From: Sphagnum compactum
Lineage: Eukaryota
Direction of reading: 5' to 3'
Assembly (NCBI GenBank): GCA_965153455.1
Contig: OZ234494.1
Span: forward strand, 558,001-622,000
Length of the DNA: 64,000 nucleotides
The notes below the pieces were generated by a model that worked only from the letters and a program-made list of their open reading frames with translations, was not told the DNA's origin and ran no database searches. Of the stretch, positions 1-13,929 are shown piece after piece. The translations under genes were made by a program, and so were the position numbers. Every line of letters starts with the position of its first letter. The first letter of the stretch is position 1.

Positions 1-276
1 GGTGCCGGGATGTGCTGCTGAAGCCAGTGGGTTGATAAGTCATGGCAGCTTGTCACTGTGATTCATGATGAAGGTGGGTGATTGGTCTGACACTTTGTGA
101 GCAACTCTCTCTCATAAGGTTATGACTGCATGCACTCTCATTGTTGTGCTACTGTCAAATTGTCTGTTGTTGTGGAGATTTCTCTATAGACTCTCTCTCA
201 TCATCACTCTCCCCATGTAGTTCTTTTTGTTCCCTCCTCACAATTCTTGATCGTGGTGGTCGTGGTGGTGTTACAG

Positions 277-1228
277 TTGGCGACTTTGATGAGCCAAGGC
301 CAACTGCTGCTGGATGACATTATCATCTGACTCTTATCCAAGCACCTTGAGGAGACCGTGGAACCTGGCCGATCAGGCTTCATCCTTGATGGATTCCCTC
401 GCACACTGCATCAAGCAGTAATAATGTTTTCCTCTTTTTGGCAGTATTGCTTGATTTTTGCAGATTTATATGTAATATTGGGGTGGGTGGAATTATATTG
501 AATTCTGCTGACTATGTTCTATGTGTGCCATGGTGAGCATGAAAGCTTTTAATCACTGGGAGAGTCTGAAATTGTGGGTGTGTAGGAAATGATGCAAGAA
601 ATGGCAGATGTTAAATTGGTGGTGAATCTGAAGCTGAGGGAAGAGGCATTGATAGCCAAGTGTTTAGGCCACCGTATTTGCAGTCAATGTGGGGGCAATT
701 TCAATCTTGCAGGATTAGAGATGGAGGAATCAAGTAGTGCACCTCGCATCTTCATGCCACCACCCTCCTGTGCCCCCAAAATGACCACCCGTGCCGATGA
801 CACAGAAGAAGTTGTCCAGAGACGCCTACACATTTACTATGAAGTGGTTTGTTCATTGAATTTGGGACATTGACTACTAACTAGATCCAGGTTATAGATG
901 TGCCTAGTAAGCTTCCTGCAGCTCTCATGACCCTTTAGTGCTAGAACAAAAGTGCTCATCCCCATGACTGCAACATGGCAACTGAAAAAGAATTTGATCC
1001 AAAGAACTTGAATCGACTTCCAAACTGATGCAGGGGTTTTTTTTTTTTTTGGGTTTCAATCTACGGAGCAAACCAGTGGAAGATTTCTAGTGCAGGAGTG
1101 GAAAGCTGCTGGATTTTGAGGTGTCTGGAGGGATACCCGAGATGTGGCCACATTTTCTGGCAGCGCTAAATATTGATGAGAAAGTACACACAAACAACCA
1201 TGACAACAGTCAGAAAATGGCAGTGTGA
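277..1228 (+). pseudogene. ADK: Adenylate kinase (plant organellar type with Cys-LID) pseudogene, last three exons; no upstream exon recognised in window
   Basis: Exons 277-417, 586-846 and 1067-1228 give GFILDGFPRT, KCLGHRICSQCG, RADDTEEVV and GGIPE. In-frame TGA at 328-330, in-frame TAG at 1088-1090, and the last acceptor reads CGG (1064-1066) instead of CAG. Confidence 0.9.
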
Positions 1229-1595
1229 TGACAATGGGCATTCCAAAATGTATCTTAGTAGTCCTTGCACTACAACTACTACTACTACTAAACACAATAC
1301 TACGATTGGGTATGTACCCATCATCAGATTCTTCCTCACAGTTTTCTTCTTCTTGGAGAAAAAAGAGGGAAAAAAATCTTGGTCTTCAGAGGTTGGTTCT
1401 GTTCTTTTGTGGATAATTTTATTTTCGTATAGTGGGAGGACATCCTTCCTTTTGTATTGCAGGAAATGCAAAAGCCCTTTCCCCTGTGATCTGATGATGA
1501 TGATTTCAGACAGTGTTGTAAATTATGTCAGTTCTTTTCCCCCCTCTTTCATTTGATTTATGGTCCAGTTTTGGGAGGGTAACGTCTTTCTCTTA

Positions 1596-1763
1596 TGTAC
1601 CCTGAGGGTAAAACCCAATGACTGTATATTAACATACCCTACCCATCGCACTCAAACATGTCCTTGCCCTACCCGAACCAACGATTACAAAATAAAGTTA
1701 TACCCTTATTGGGTCTTACCTCAATGTCTGAAATTTGGCAGGGTGCCCTTACGCTGAGGATAT
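1596..1763. mobile_element. Possible degenerate MITE
   Basis: Imperfect inverted ends (tgtaccctgagggtaa / ttacgctgaggatata) and internal repeated taccc motifs. Confidence 0.3.
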
Positions 1764-4700
1764 ATTTGTGAAATTGAAGGGTAAAAGACAAGCGTAACCA
1801 GATTAGACCATTACCTCTGCTGATGCCTGATTAGAGCTGAGATGTTGTGGATACCAGCATAATCAAAACAATCGCTGATAAACTCCTGGACACATAATGC
1901 TGTGTCCATTTACACTGTAGCAATGTGCTGAGGGTCTTACATGAGCAACGGAAGATGTTGAATCCATGACACAAGCTCATGCTGGGCTCCACGTTATTTT
2001 CAGTGGCAAAGCATCACCAAATTTGTACCATGAAATGGGTATGACAACGATGACACACAAAATGGTATGGTCGTTGGTCCAATGATCCATCTTCTATCTC
2101 ACAGGGTGAAGCTGCTAACGCATTCCATCACAGTCATAATATTAGAAACAACACCACAGTCGACTAATTTTGCAAAGCAAATCTTTTGATGATCAAACCT
2201 GCATCTGATTTGAAAACACAAATCAATTGTCAATAGAACTATTATTGTTGATTGACACATGTTTAAACTCTGGGTTCATCTATCAATGAGTGTTCTCAAT
2301 GGGCTCTCTTGTTAGGGTTGTTAGCTCAGCTGCTGTTTTTACTACCTGCGTCCTAGTAAACCCACTAGCCCTTACCTACATATTAGCCGTCCACATGACA
2401 CCATGCATGGGTGAGGTTTTGTTAAACAAAAATTCCTCATCTACCTGAACAGCAATGCAACCTACCATCATACAACACATGCTCTCATCTCCATATGCAC
2501 AAATAAACTCATCAGTCCTTGGAATACACAATTGAAAACATTTGAAGGTGCTTGATTTTGGAAAAGATATTTTACCTTTTCCCTCCTCACAAAACCTGTT
2601 GCAAATATGCAAACTCCAAAACAAAGTAACTCATTTTAAGAATGCAAATCCGCTAACTTAATAATGGTTGTCATCCATGTTCCTTCAGCCATGTTCCTCA
2701 ATGTACTATATTGAACCTCTGTAATCAGTGTCTGCTTCCAGAATATTAGATTAAGAATCCCAAGAATCCTAAGACAATAAATCATTCCAGAAAATCACAC
2801 TTCCGTGTTATATCAAATTGTTCTGATATCAGCAAGATATGAAAAAACCTTAAATACGAGGGTTCAAATATGGTATGAAAAGCAATTCCATCCAGTTTTT
2901 CAGGACCATATGTAGCATCACATTCAGTAGCTTGGGTTGCGTCACAAATAGCACCAGGACATGCACTGAAAAGAAACACAAGTCTTCTTTAGCTTTGTCT
3001 GCTCAAATCACAATGAGCCTGTGCAGCATGTGAATCACAGCAGTTTTAACACAACTAAGACGTGCATCACAACAGTTTTTTGTGCATGTGAAAACCATTC
3101 TATTACAAAACTCTGAATTCTGAAAGAATTTTGTAATAGAATGGTTTTAACATGCACAAGAAAAATCATCAAACATTTGCAAGGGCGGTGTGAAGCAAAA
3201 CAACCAAAAGTAAAATAAACTACCATGGTGATACTTGGGTATTTGCACTTCAAACTATTTCACCAGCAGAAGTGAAGAAAACAGACCCTAAAGGTAGATA
3301 CAGCCACGATAGACTTTGAAATGGCAATACTGCAACAAGCTTCAAAGACACCAAATACTTAAGACTGACCCATCAATAGATGATTGGTACAAACAAACTA
3401 GGAACGAATCTATGACCAAGTGCACTCACAGAGGAGAGCATTCACACCTTGAAGAAGCATGCCCAGTTCCCTAACTTTCACATACTGTTCGTAGATCCTG
3501 TCTCCTGGGCATTTACTCCTGTTTCTTCCAAGGCCATATCACAGCTTCTGAGCAGAAAGAAAAGACCAAACCCAAGGCAAATACCTAGTCTGGAAAACTT
3601 GCTTCACAGTGTGCACAAAACCACAGAACCACAATATGCTCTAGAACAAGAGTTCCAGGATTCTATCCATTTGCTGCTTCTTCGTAGCATGAAATGCAAA
3701 CTGCTCAACTGGCTGACAATCTTCCACTTTACAGCAACAACTCTCTCATCTCTGTTTGCATTGACACAGCAAAAAGCCCACTTCTCAACCAAGAAAAAAC
3801 CTATCTCGTATATCTCCACACACAAGACGCCTTCTCTAATGGAACCTGGCTGAAGAACGCTCGTGAAGAAAACACAGACTGCATGAAGAGAGAGAGAGCG
3901 AGAGAGATATGTGCAAAGTTCACAGTTTTAAGACCACATTTGGATTGTTACATACAAATCCAGGCACACACCCACCAGCATCACTGTGAACAGAACAGAG
4001 AGTGGGTGTTTAAATAAGATGATATACCTCAAGAGAAGACAATACTTCACATCCAAGACCCACTGCCATTGAACCTGCACACAAAAAGATGGAATGGTTA
4101 ATAAGAATGGTCTAAACAGACATCTGAATGGAAGGGAGACACAAAAGCTGTGTTCCGCCTTGGCAATTACCTCCTTTGCCCATGGCTGCAAAACTGGATT
4201 GTTTACTAGATAAGTAAATTAAAACAGCTTTACTACTTGTCACTACACCACCTTCAGAGGCAACTAGAGCTCTTTGCTCAAGAAATGAAGACAAAAAAGC
4301 ACAAATATCTCTGGCAGATAAAAGAGGGGGTGGACTCCCTCCTCTTAGAATACTCAAATGCAACGATCTTTGAAAACTGAAAAAGCCTTAACACTATATC
4401 AAACAACAGGGAAAGAGGCAATAGAGATATTGATCCTGGATTTAGGGTTGTAGTAGTAGTATTAGTCCAGTTAAATTAAGTGTTAGTTGATAAAAAGGGT
4501 CAAGGAAACTAAGTGATGTTAGCAAAGTACCTTTCAAGGACATGGCGTCAAAAGTGGTCAGCAGTGTGATCAGTCAATGGCAGAGGTCAGAAGAAATGGT
4601 ATCTGCTTCCACTTGGTCAAATGTCAGTAAAGCTTTACCACAACCAGCAAGCACAAATCCATACTCCACTGGTGAATTAGCACTCACTGCTCAACGAGTT

Positions 4701-5878
4701 ATGTAATATATAATCATATTCACCTTTCTATGCACTTTGTGAATACCCATTAGTTGTTATATATCACTACATTCTGGCACTCAGTCATCATCAACCCTAA
4801 ACCCCTAAACTTGCACAGGCATAAGGTACACAGCAACCAACCCAGAAGAAAAATACCCAAGGGTGGTGGACAGCCCACAGGGCAGAAAAAGTCAAGTGGA
4901 GAATTGAAACTACCTAGAGAGATGAACATCAACCAACTTGGTACCCTTTGAATTTGAGCTTCATTCCACATGACAAACTTGCCGTTACATTCCACACAGA
5001 ATCACCACTTTTACATAGACACCCACTACTCTGTCATGGTATTATAACACAAACACTACTCTTCCAGGTGTGGAGCATGTACTACTACCTACACTCAAAT
5101 CTCTTCAACATGGAACTGATAGACAAACACTAAACTGCAAGCCACAATCAGACCAGCAATTAGACAAACTAAAAGGACACACTACAAACCTGATGACTAT
5201 TCTTGTTAGTCGAGAGCATGCGCCAAGAAGGTGAAACCTCAAGTTTCCTCCTATGGTGCTGTCCTTGCGAGAAAGTGCCACTTAGTAGTAAGTAACCCAA
5301 GCTTCAGATGGGTCCCTTCCCTAAATACAGATTCCCTAAACCATCAGTAGCACCTTCTATTGATGACACATTGGAATTAGTCACAGATTTCCACATAAGA
5401 GACTGCATCAGCCTCTCAAAAAACCTGTGAAACATGTGATCACAAACATTATGGGCCAGAGCTTGGCTATGGAACGAACTATGCGCTTCAGTGACTTTGC
5501 TACACAAACGTTTTCCAAAATGCAACGGCAGCAGATATTGGTTGAAAGCTTGAATGTAGGATCTAACAACATGATAAAGCACATTGATATCATGATCCAT
5601 TCCATTGCTGCCGAACTGAGCGAACTTTCAGCTATGAAGTTTGTCACTCCGACAAGGCCTAGCTACAAAAGAAACACCAATTTTTTTTGTGCCTTACAAG
5701 CACCCAACACACCTCTGTGTTGCCGCACTGTGTTTTCCATGCCATCGACTTTTAGATCCACAGTAATCTCGATGCCAAATTGCCACGTCAAAAAACCTTC
5801 TGTCTGATGCAGAGTAACCCTCAGGAAGGAGTTTTAACAACAGCATCCCTGGTAAAAGCCACTGCAGCCATTGATTGC

Positions 5879-8800
5879 CTAACGCCGAGTTTTGGCACGC
5901 TTCATGCCCGGGTTGTTAAAGGGAGATACAGTGCCACTCATATATGCAGGGCTCTCCTCACGGAGGGTGCCATTAAGAATAGCTAGCTCCCGAAGCTGGG
6001 CCTTCTTTACCAGGTCAAATGTCTCATCCTGAAAGTGCAAAAGCCCAGCCATTGTTGGGTTAGTCCTTACTAATTCCTGCATTGATTCACTTACAATTTG
6101 CAAGCCCCTGCTGTAAAACTCTCTTTGGCCAATACAGTTTGATCTTGAAAACTGTCTGAAAGCACCCTGCACTTCACAATACCTGTACATTGCATAACCT
6201 AGTTCGGCACTGAACAGGTTCTTACTGGAAGATCATGGAGTTACCGGAGCACTTACCACCGGTTTCAGAAGCTCCTGGAGGATCTCACGGGCATGGATGA
6301 GTTGGCTATCAATAATATTTGCTGGCAGTTCAGCCTCCACCAATACATGCAACGGCTCATTCAAGTGCTCAAAACCAGGCTTGTCTCTCATCTTGTCTTC
6401 CTGCAGAGACCCAGACAAAATAAATAAATACCTTTATAAGTATTGAGAAACTTCTCCATACTTGCAAATTTGTGTCAACCCAAAATAGAATTAAGAGTTG
6501 ACCTGATCATAAGGTTGCTGGGATTTTCAATCAAATCTGACAATGTAGAAGCAAACAGGGGAAAAAAATGGAAAAAGCAAAAAAAAAGGAGATCCAACCC
6601 TAGAAAACAGAGAAGAAAAAGACCCAAAAAAATCTAAATCTGAGTTTTTCCTTCTAATGGCACATGCATCTCCAATATATTGATAATAGTGCAACCAATC
6701 ACATGGTGATGATGTCTGGATGAGACTGACTTTGGCAGTGTCTTTGATTGAACCTCGACCACGGATCAAAACCCGACAGCCAGTTGTTGCCTCTACACGC
6801 TTGAGTGAGTTTCCACGCGGTCCCAAAATCCTACCCACAAAGTTGAACTGCAGGATCCACAAGTTGCTTACATTAGTAGCATGATCAGGACAGAGCTCAA
6901 CTGGTGGGTGTGATTCACTACTAAGTATCAACTTCCACCTCAAGGTAAAAAAAATGTGCCCTTTTGTGCTGGTGCTAAACACCTCACTGTATGCCATGCA
7001 TGCATATCTATTACAATTCCAACTGCATGACATTCAGACGAAGAAGCACTTAAGGAGGGGGGATGACAACTCCTAGCCATGAAAGTAACAAAATCTGGTA
7101 AGCAAATCTCCTTTGCTAATAATACTATGCATAACACCAGAACTACCAGAAACAGTGGTATGTACTGCTGCTGCTACACACATTGGGGTACTTATCAACA
7201 GGAACTTCGATGCGCTGTGTTTTTTTTACTATTGTCCCAGATGCAGTCCCAGGAGGCCCATGCCAGCCTGCATGAGGAATTGCAACCCGCTGCTGTTGGA
7301 CACAAAATAACAGACAAAATAGTACTATTAGTACTTCCTCACAAGCCACAGAGTAAAAACCCTAGATTGCATCATCTTCGAATATGGAGTCAGACAGAAA
7401 AGAAAAACAGCCCTTGGAACAAGAGTGAAAAGGGATCAGATAAGACAAAAAGCATTACATCACCCCCCCAGCCATTAAGATCGCCTGGAGATCCAGTATT
7501 CATCAGTGTGCCTGCTGATAATGGGCTCCCGTGGTCAAGTCCATCCTGGTCCAGAAACGATGAGTTTCCCACAAGCGCCATAACTCGCACCATCTCTGTA
7601 TTAAAGGCAAAGACAAGAGAGCAGTATAAGTATGTGCAAATCTACTGTAAAGTCATAAACGGCAACTGATGGTGTGCATAGTCATTTCAAGCCAGGTGAA
7701 GCAAGCAAAGCAACAAGAATGAGAGATTATATAAGACTTTATACACAGTATGCTTCCCCCTCAAGGACAAGTGATAAAAATAGCAAACAATTTTTTTCCA
7801 ACAATCCTCCAATGACATGGTTATCTACTGACTGATATCCTTACCCTGGTTCAACAGGCGACTGCAGTTGGGCAGAACTTGCATAAAAGGACCCAGTTTT
7901 TGCCTTTCTGCCAACAATTCTGAAAGATACCTGCAAAGCAATACTCACTAGGCCCTCTGAGCAACAACAACAACCACCATAGTAAAGTCAACTCAAAGGA
8001 AGGAACCCCCCTCCTCCTCATGGTGCCAAACACCCCCCACTGTGAATCTGCAGGAAAGCTTCCATACACAAGGCCTTGATAAGAGAAAAGTAGTAATGAA
8101 CACCCCACCATCCTAATAGGCCCTCCGAGCAACAACAACCACCACAGTAAAGTCCAATGGGAGGAAGGAACCCCCTCCTCCTCATGGTGCAAAACACCCC
8201 CATTGCGAATCTGCCTGCAAGCTTCTATACACAAGACCTTGATAAGAGAAAAGTAGTAATGAATGCCCCACCATCCTAAGAGAAGTTGTAGGGACTCTGG
8301 AAAACAGGTAAAAGAGGAAAAATCCAAGCCCAAAAGAAACAGATAAAAACAGAAAACAATGACAGCTGACTCAGAGCAGTTTGAAGAACAGAGACAACAG
8401 TCACATGTGTGCATGCATGTTCAGAGAGACATTCTTCAACAGCAACAATGTATGATATTTTGGGCTGCTAAAAATTCAACATCCTCCACATTATACCACT
8501 GTTTATTTCTTTGGGTTCCTGTCACAAGAACTCAACCATGATGCTAGCTCACTAGCTCAACAAAACCCTGAAAAAAGGAGAGAAGAAGAAGACCCAACGA
8601 AGCTAATAAGAAAGAGGAACAAAATGGAATGATGGTGATTGGAAACCAAGCCTCAAGAACAAACAGCAGAACAACAATCAAAAACATACATAAATACCCA
8701 TTGCATTCTATCCCATTGCACCCATCTGATCTGACATACATCTGCACACTGTCCTCACCTTTGGTTTGCTACCCTTGAAGAAACAGAAATCAAAGGTGCA

Positions 8801-9716
8801 AACTTCACAACTACAACATTGAGAGTTTTAGTGCTCACTCACTCATACCTCTACAAAACTGACCAAGGATGATCTAATTCATCAGAGTGTGGAGATCATC
8901 ATATAACACACACATACAACAGACATGGTCTTGCAAGTTTGAAGAAATGAAGTGCTGATGCTGAGGAAACAAAAAAAAAACATGTCATGACTTGGGGAGG
9001 AAACCCAAATGCAGAAACAAAATTACCTCACACAAGAAGAAGCCCTGAAGAAGAATCTACATTTGCGCAAGCAAGCTCAACAAGAACACAAGCAAAAACC
9101 CCTTTCAGATTTACACAATTCCATTCCATCTCTGTGAAACCGATGATCGATCAATCACTCAATCTCTGTGAATCTGATGATAGATCACTCAATCAATATG
9201 AAACTGAGGATCGATCACTCAATCTCTATGAAACTGAGGATCGATGGATTGATCAGGTTGATTGCAACAGAGTATGTAGATCATATGTTCACAGCACAAC
9301 AGACTTTCAGATCTTGCAGGTTTCCAAGAAAACAAACAGAAAGGAAGAAAAAGAAGCAGAAGAAGGTCGTCTTGATCGATGCAAAGGAGGGACATGAGAT
9401 GTGTGTCAGACTTGGAAAGACACAAACAAATACAGAAAAAAACCCTAATTCCCTAGCTAGCTAGCTGTTCTTCACAAAGCAAAGAAGCTCTCAAGCAGCA
9501 TGCAAGCAAAAATCTGTGTTGAAGATGATGTGGAGATGATGTTGCAAACAAGGGATGGATACTACTACTGGGAAGGAAGGGTGTGATGGGTGATGCGTAC
9601 TTTTCATGTTCAGCAGTAGCGGCAGCACTGGAGGAGCGCAAGGCTCCAATCTGTGGAGAGGAGGAAGCTCCCGGCGATGGTGAGAAGTGCTGCATACCAT
9701 TGTACCTCCCCGCCAT
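5879..9716 (-). CDS. STAR/QUAKING-like KH-domain RNA-binding protein (SPIN1-like), 7 exons
   Basis: Exons 9716-9601, 7930-7845, 7595-7459, 7292-7182, 6847-6731, 6400-6257 and 6028-5879, all GT-AG and in frame. QUA1 ([20 protein letters not shown]), KH ([19 protein letters not shown]...RGRGSIKD), QUA2 ([13 protein letters not shown]), C-terminus MKRAKTRR. Confidence 0.95.
7950..8280. repeat. ~165-bp direct duplication in KH gene intron 1
   Basis: aggccctc(t/c)gagcaacaacaac and ccctcctcctcatggtgc each occur twice, about 165 bp apart. Confidence 0.8.
9140..9250. repeat. ~30-bp minisatellite in KH gene intron 1
   Basis: Three to four copies of gatcgatcactcaatctctatgaaactgag-like units. Confidence 0.7.
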
Positions 9717-12096
9717 AACTAGCTAGCTGGCTAGCTAGCTAGCTTTGCCCCTGTTGTGGGTGCTGTGTTGTGTGCACTGTGCTGTAGCAGCATTACATGC
9801 ATGCACTCACTCTCTCCACTCTCTCTTTCTTCAGGCCCTCCTCTCAACACTCTTCTTCAGTCCAAAACCCTTTTGGATCTCCTTTTGTCACAAATGTGTA
9901 TGCAGACAGACCTGGTGCAAGGAAGAACGACAGCAAGAAGATGCAGAAGAAGAAGAAGAGGCAACTGATGACATCTGGAGGAGGAAGAGCTTGGACACAC
10001 AATAGAAAGAGAGAAAGCGGACACAAGGGGGGCTCCGAGTGGGCCCCGGAAGATTGATCGCAAACGCTCGCGTAAACCCTTAGGTCTTGGCCAAGAAGAC
10101 ACTCAGAAGAAATTAGGGTTTCGATCAAAGAGGTGCAGATCTGGTAAGAGAAAGAAAGGACTTGGGTTTTTTCCATTCACTATCTTCGAGAGAGAAAACA
10201 AAATAAAGATTAACGAATTGTTTCTTATTTCCATCATCAATTGGTCGGTCATTTGTTCAGTCGTGGATGTGAAAGAGATGGTGGTGGTCGTGGTGGGTTG
10301 GTTTGCAACAATGTGATTGAACATACCAATCTTCTGCCATGGTGAGATGGTGGAGTTGTTGTGCATGGGAGCCATTATTTGAAAGCTCCTCCTCTCTCAT
10401 CATGGAATCATGGATCCAGCAAACCTTCAAGAGGGAGAAGGTGGGTCATGTCACAGACAATAGGAATTCCTCGAAGTTTGTAGAAAGATCCTTAAGGTAT
10501 ATGATGTGTGAGGATACAATGCGTCAGCTGGTTTTTGTATGGTGTGAACAATGAAGGTACTCTGCATGATAACACCTTTCCATTAGGTTGTTGTGATTGC
10601 AGATTCTGTGATTGTAGTAGCTTTCCATAGAATGCAACACATACATGCATGACACTTCTTCCAACTCAAGCTCAGGTAAGATTCTGATGGGTCACTTGGT
10701 CTAGCTAGAAAGCAGTTTTCATAGAGCCAAAATTCCAGAGACCATTGACAACAATTTTTTTGTTGAACTTTTGTTTAGTGTAACAGACTTTCATCTAGTA
10801 GCAGCATACCTGCACTCAGTCAGATGTATTTTGGCAGTCTCTTTTAAACTGACATCATGGTTCTTTGAATGTGCGCCACTAGGAGGAGCCAAACCTAAAT
10901 CAAGGAACCACAAAACTCTTCTGCTCAAATTGTTGCCAGTACAGGCAGTAATTTCACAGAAAGAGCTTGCATGCAAGCTCCACTACTGATATAAAGGTAG
11001 TAGTGTCTCATGAAAGTCATGTCTATAATAACCTCAACAGGAAAAGAAGATCTCTCTGAACGTGGAAAGTTTGAGGATCTGTGCTGTGGGAGGCACACAT
11101 TGAATATTCGCCACATTTCAGTTACACTGGAGCCATGCCTCCAAAAGTGAGGATCCATGGGAGACATGGCTCAACATTGTTAGTTAGACAAAATCTAGAC
11201 TGCAAAATCCAGCTATTCTGCATGACACCTGTATTCCCCATAGACTGACAGTTACCACAGGTTCCAGCATCCTCAAACACAGAATGAGGGAATTGTGGAA
11301 AATCTTCCAGCAAGGCTTACAGTTGGGCTAACATAAACTTCAGATGTACCAACTGCACTGTTGGAATGATGACAAATATGAAATAGAAGCTACCTTAACA
11401 ACAACGTCAACCATTTCAAAATCTCTAGAGTTCTGAAACTTGCATCTATGTTTTGTAGTCCCCAGATCAGAAATCACACAATTTTAGTCCAAATATCTCA
11501 GATAGATTGAATACCCTTTGAAAGAGAAATTACCACTGGAAAAGTTCCCTTCTACAGAGGCAGGGTTGATATACAAATGCACGGGGATTGTCTATTTTGT
11601 TCATCCACCTTGACCAAAAATGCACAATTTGGAAAAAGAACAAAGCTTCTGCACTTCCATCAAATACTTACTGTACAGTCTTCAGAAGGAAAAACAGGCA
11701 AAGTTAAATTGCTGGAACCAAGCCTATGCAGAAGAACCAGCATCTTCCTCTGAGACATTATATTCAAGACCTATAGAACACAACAACCCAACTGCATAGG
11801 CATATATCATAAGGGCTATTTGCACACACACCCCAAAATGAAACAGTATTGAGAAAATCAATGAGAGTTCATAAATGACGACCACCTTCTACAATCAACT
11901 AGGATCCTCCAAAAGAAAAGGAAAAGAGAAAACATTTCATCTGTTTTTGTGCACCTAGAAGAGCAGCAAACTCCTACCTAAAAATGTGATTTGCCAAAGT
12001 TCTGACACAAAAAGGCCCAGAAGACATTGCAACACAGTAGAGCATATACAAAAAGTGTTCACAGTTACCATGGTGTCTGCCAAATGAGACTAGACA

Positions 12097-13655
12097 TCAA
12101 AGAGTCATCCCACCACCAGTCTGATGAAGCATTGCATCAATCTCATCCCCATCCTCCATTTCCAGCTGTGCAACAAAACCATCCACCAATCATTTATTCC
12201 ACAAGTGGTAATAAAATATTTTCCACACAGATAGATAATTGATGAAATAGACAAAAAAATTATCAAACTCTTCTTCAATCCATTGAAAAGCATCAAAATG
12301 AGGAGAGACGTCACCAAAGATCAGAGGAAGGAATGAGAACCTCTGCAGGAGTCTGTTCGGCTCGGAGACGTCTGCCATCAAAAAGGAAGGCAATGGACTG
12401 AGGGTCCACAGACTGACGGTCACAGTATGCATGCATCAACTTCTTCAGTGTGGCTGTGCTCTTGATCCTGAAGAAAACCTCTCCACCATCCTGCATATTA
12501 CATTCAGCCACACATCAACCCTCTGTGAGGTCTCCCCTTTTTTACTCCCCATCTAGAAAAAAATACTGTTGTCTTCTAAGACATGCATACATGGAGATGC
12601 CCCAACCTCTTCCACATCACCAGCAATAACAAGCTTCTGGAAATAGATTGTTCTTTCCATGGAGGGTATGTGCAGTCCTTCCTCAGACAAAAAGGACTGA
12701 ACCCCATTCCCAAGCATAATATCCATGATCATGCACACAGGAATTTCATTCATGCTCAAACTTCAACTCTTTGGCTGCAATCAAACTTTGGTCGTTTCTC
12801 TGAACAAAACAAAAGCTTGGAATTTAGGCTAAACCTGTACCCTTCGAGGGTCCTAAACAAAAGGCTGCACTGCTCATTTCCATAGACCCAGATCTCAAAT
12901 ATCCGCCAAAAAAACAGCACCTCCTCCATAAAGGGTTATGATCTACAATGGTCCAGTTCCTAATCAGGTGGTCTGTCTGCCACGGGGTATTGAAATTTCT
13001 CTCTCTCACAGTGGAATTACAGAGAAAAAGCTCCTTGAAATCACAATGTTCAACATCACCATATACATAAAAACACATCATTTCTGAAGAAGTTCTAAAC
13101 TTCACAGCCCCTCCTCCTGACTGACCGACCAACAGACCGACCTACCTACCTACCTTATGGCACTGAGGAGAAACACATAAAACAAGAGAAGAACTGTCCA
13201 AATCTTTACAGAACAAGAGAAGAAAGAAGTTGCAAACTCTACTACAGACACAAGAAGAAGAAGAAGAAGAAACGTCTAAAGCTTTTACAGAACAAGAGAA
13301 AAGAAGGGTTCAAACCTTTACAGAACAAGAGAAGAAGAAGAGTTGCAAACTGTTCTACAGACACAACGAGAGAAGAAGTAGAAACCTCTAAACTTTTACA
13401 GACACAAGACAAAAGAAGTGTCAAACCCTTCTACAGACAACAAAGCCAAGAAGGATGTAAACTTCACAGGGTGCAAGAGAAGAAGAAAAAGAAAGAAAGA
13501 AAGAAAGAAAGACAAGAACTGAGGCTGGACTATACCTGGCCTTTGACCTTGAGGTTGATGTGCGCCCCAGCACCAGCAGCGGCACCGTCCAATGGCTTCT
13601 TCTCCTCCTCTTTGTGAAGACCTGTGTTGTTCGCAGTATCTTCCACACCAGCCAT
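12097..13655 (-). CDS. SUMO: Small ubiquitin-related modifier (SUMO1/2-type), 112 aa, 3 exons
   Basis: Exons 13655-13536, 12490-12341 and 12165-12097 give ...[20 protein letters not shown]...[38 protein letters not shown]. The di-glycine motif is followed by a short propeptide. Confidence 0.97.
13175..13430. repeat. ~33-37-bp degenerate minisatellite in SUMO intron 1
   Basis: Repeated ttacagaacaagagaagaa-like units, about 7 copies. Confidence 0.65.
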
Positions 13656-13929
13656 GATACTATTATTACAACTGCAGCAACAGCAGCAGCAGCCTGATGC
13701 TGACGATAATCCTCACAAGATTTTTGTCTCTCTCTGTGCACTCTCTCTGCACTCCTGTCCAATTGCAAATCCTTTATTCCCTCCCACACAAGTCTGAAGC
13801 ACGACGGCACAACAAGAAGAGCCAAGCTTCCTCACCAAAGGACTCTTTGCACTCTTGTTCTTCTTCTTGTTCTTGTTGTTGTTCTTCCTCCCCCGGCGCA
13901 CAAGGTCCTCACTTCCCCCCTCCTGGCCG

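Noticed and set aside
328-330. In-frame TGA as selenocysteine, readthrough or editing in ADK
   Set aside because: A second stop (TAG), a mutated acceptor and loss of conserved Arg residues indicate simple pseudogenisation.
9850-9870. Partial miR319-like seed (ttggactgaag on the minus strand)
   Set aside because: The match stops after 11 nt and no fold-back arm was seen. It lies in the KH 5' leader.
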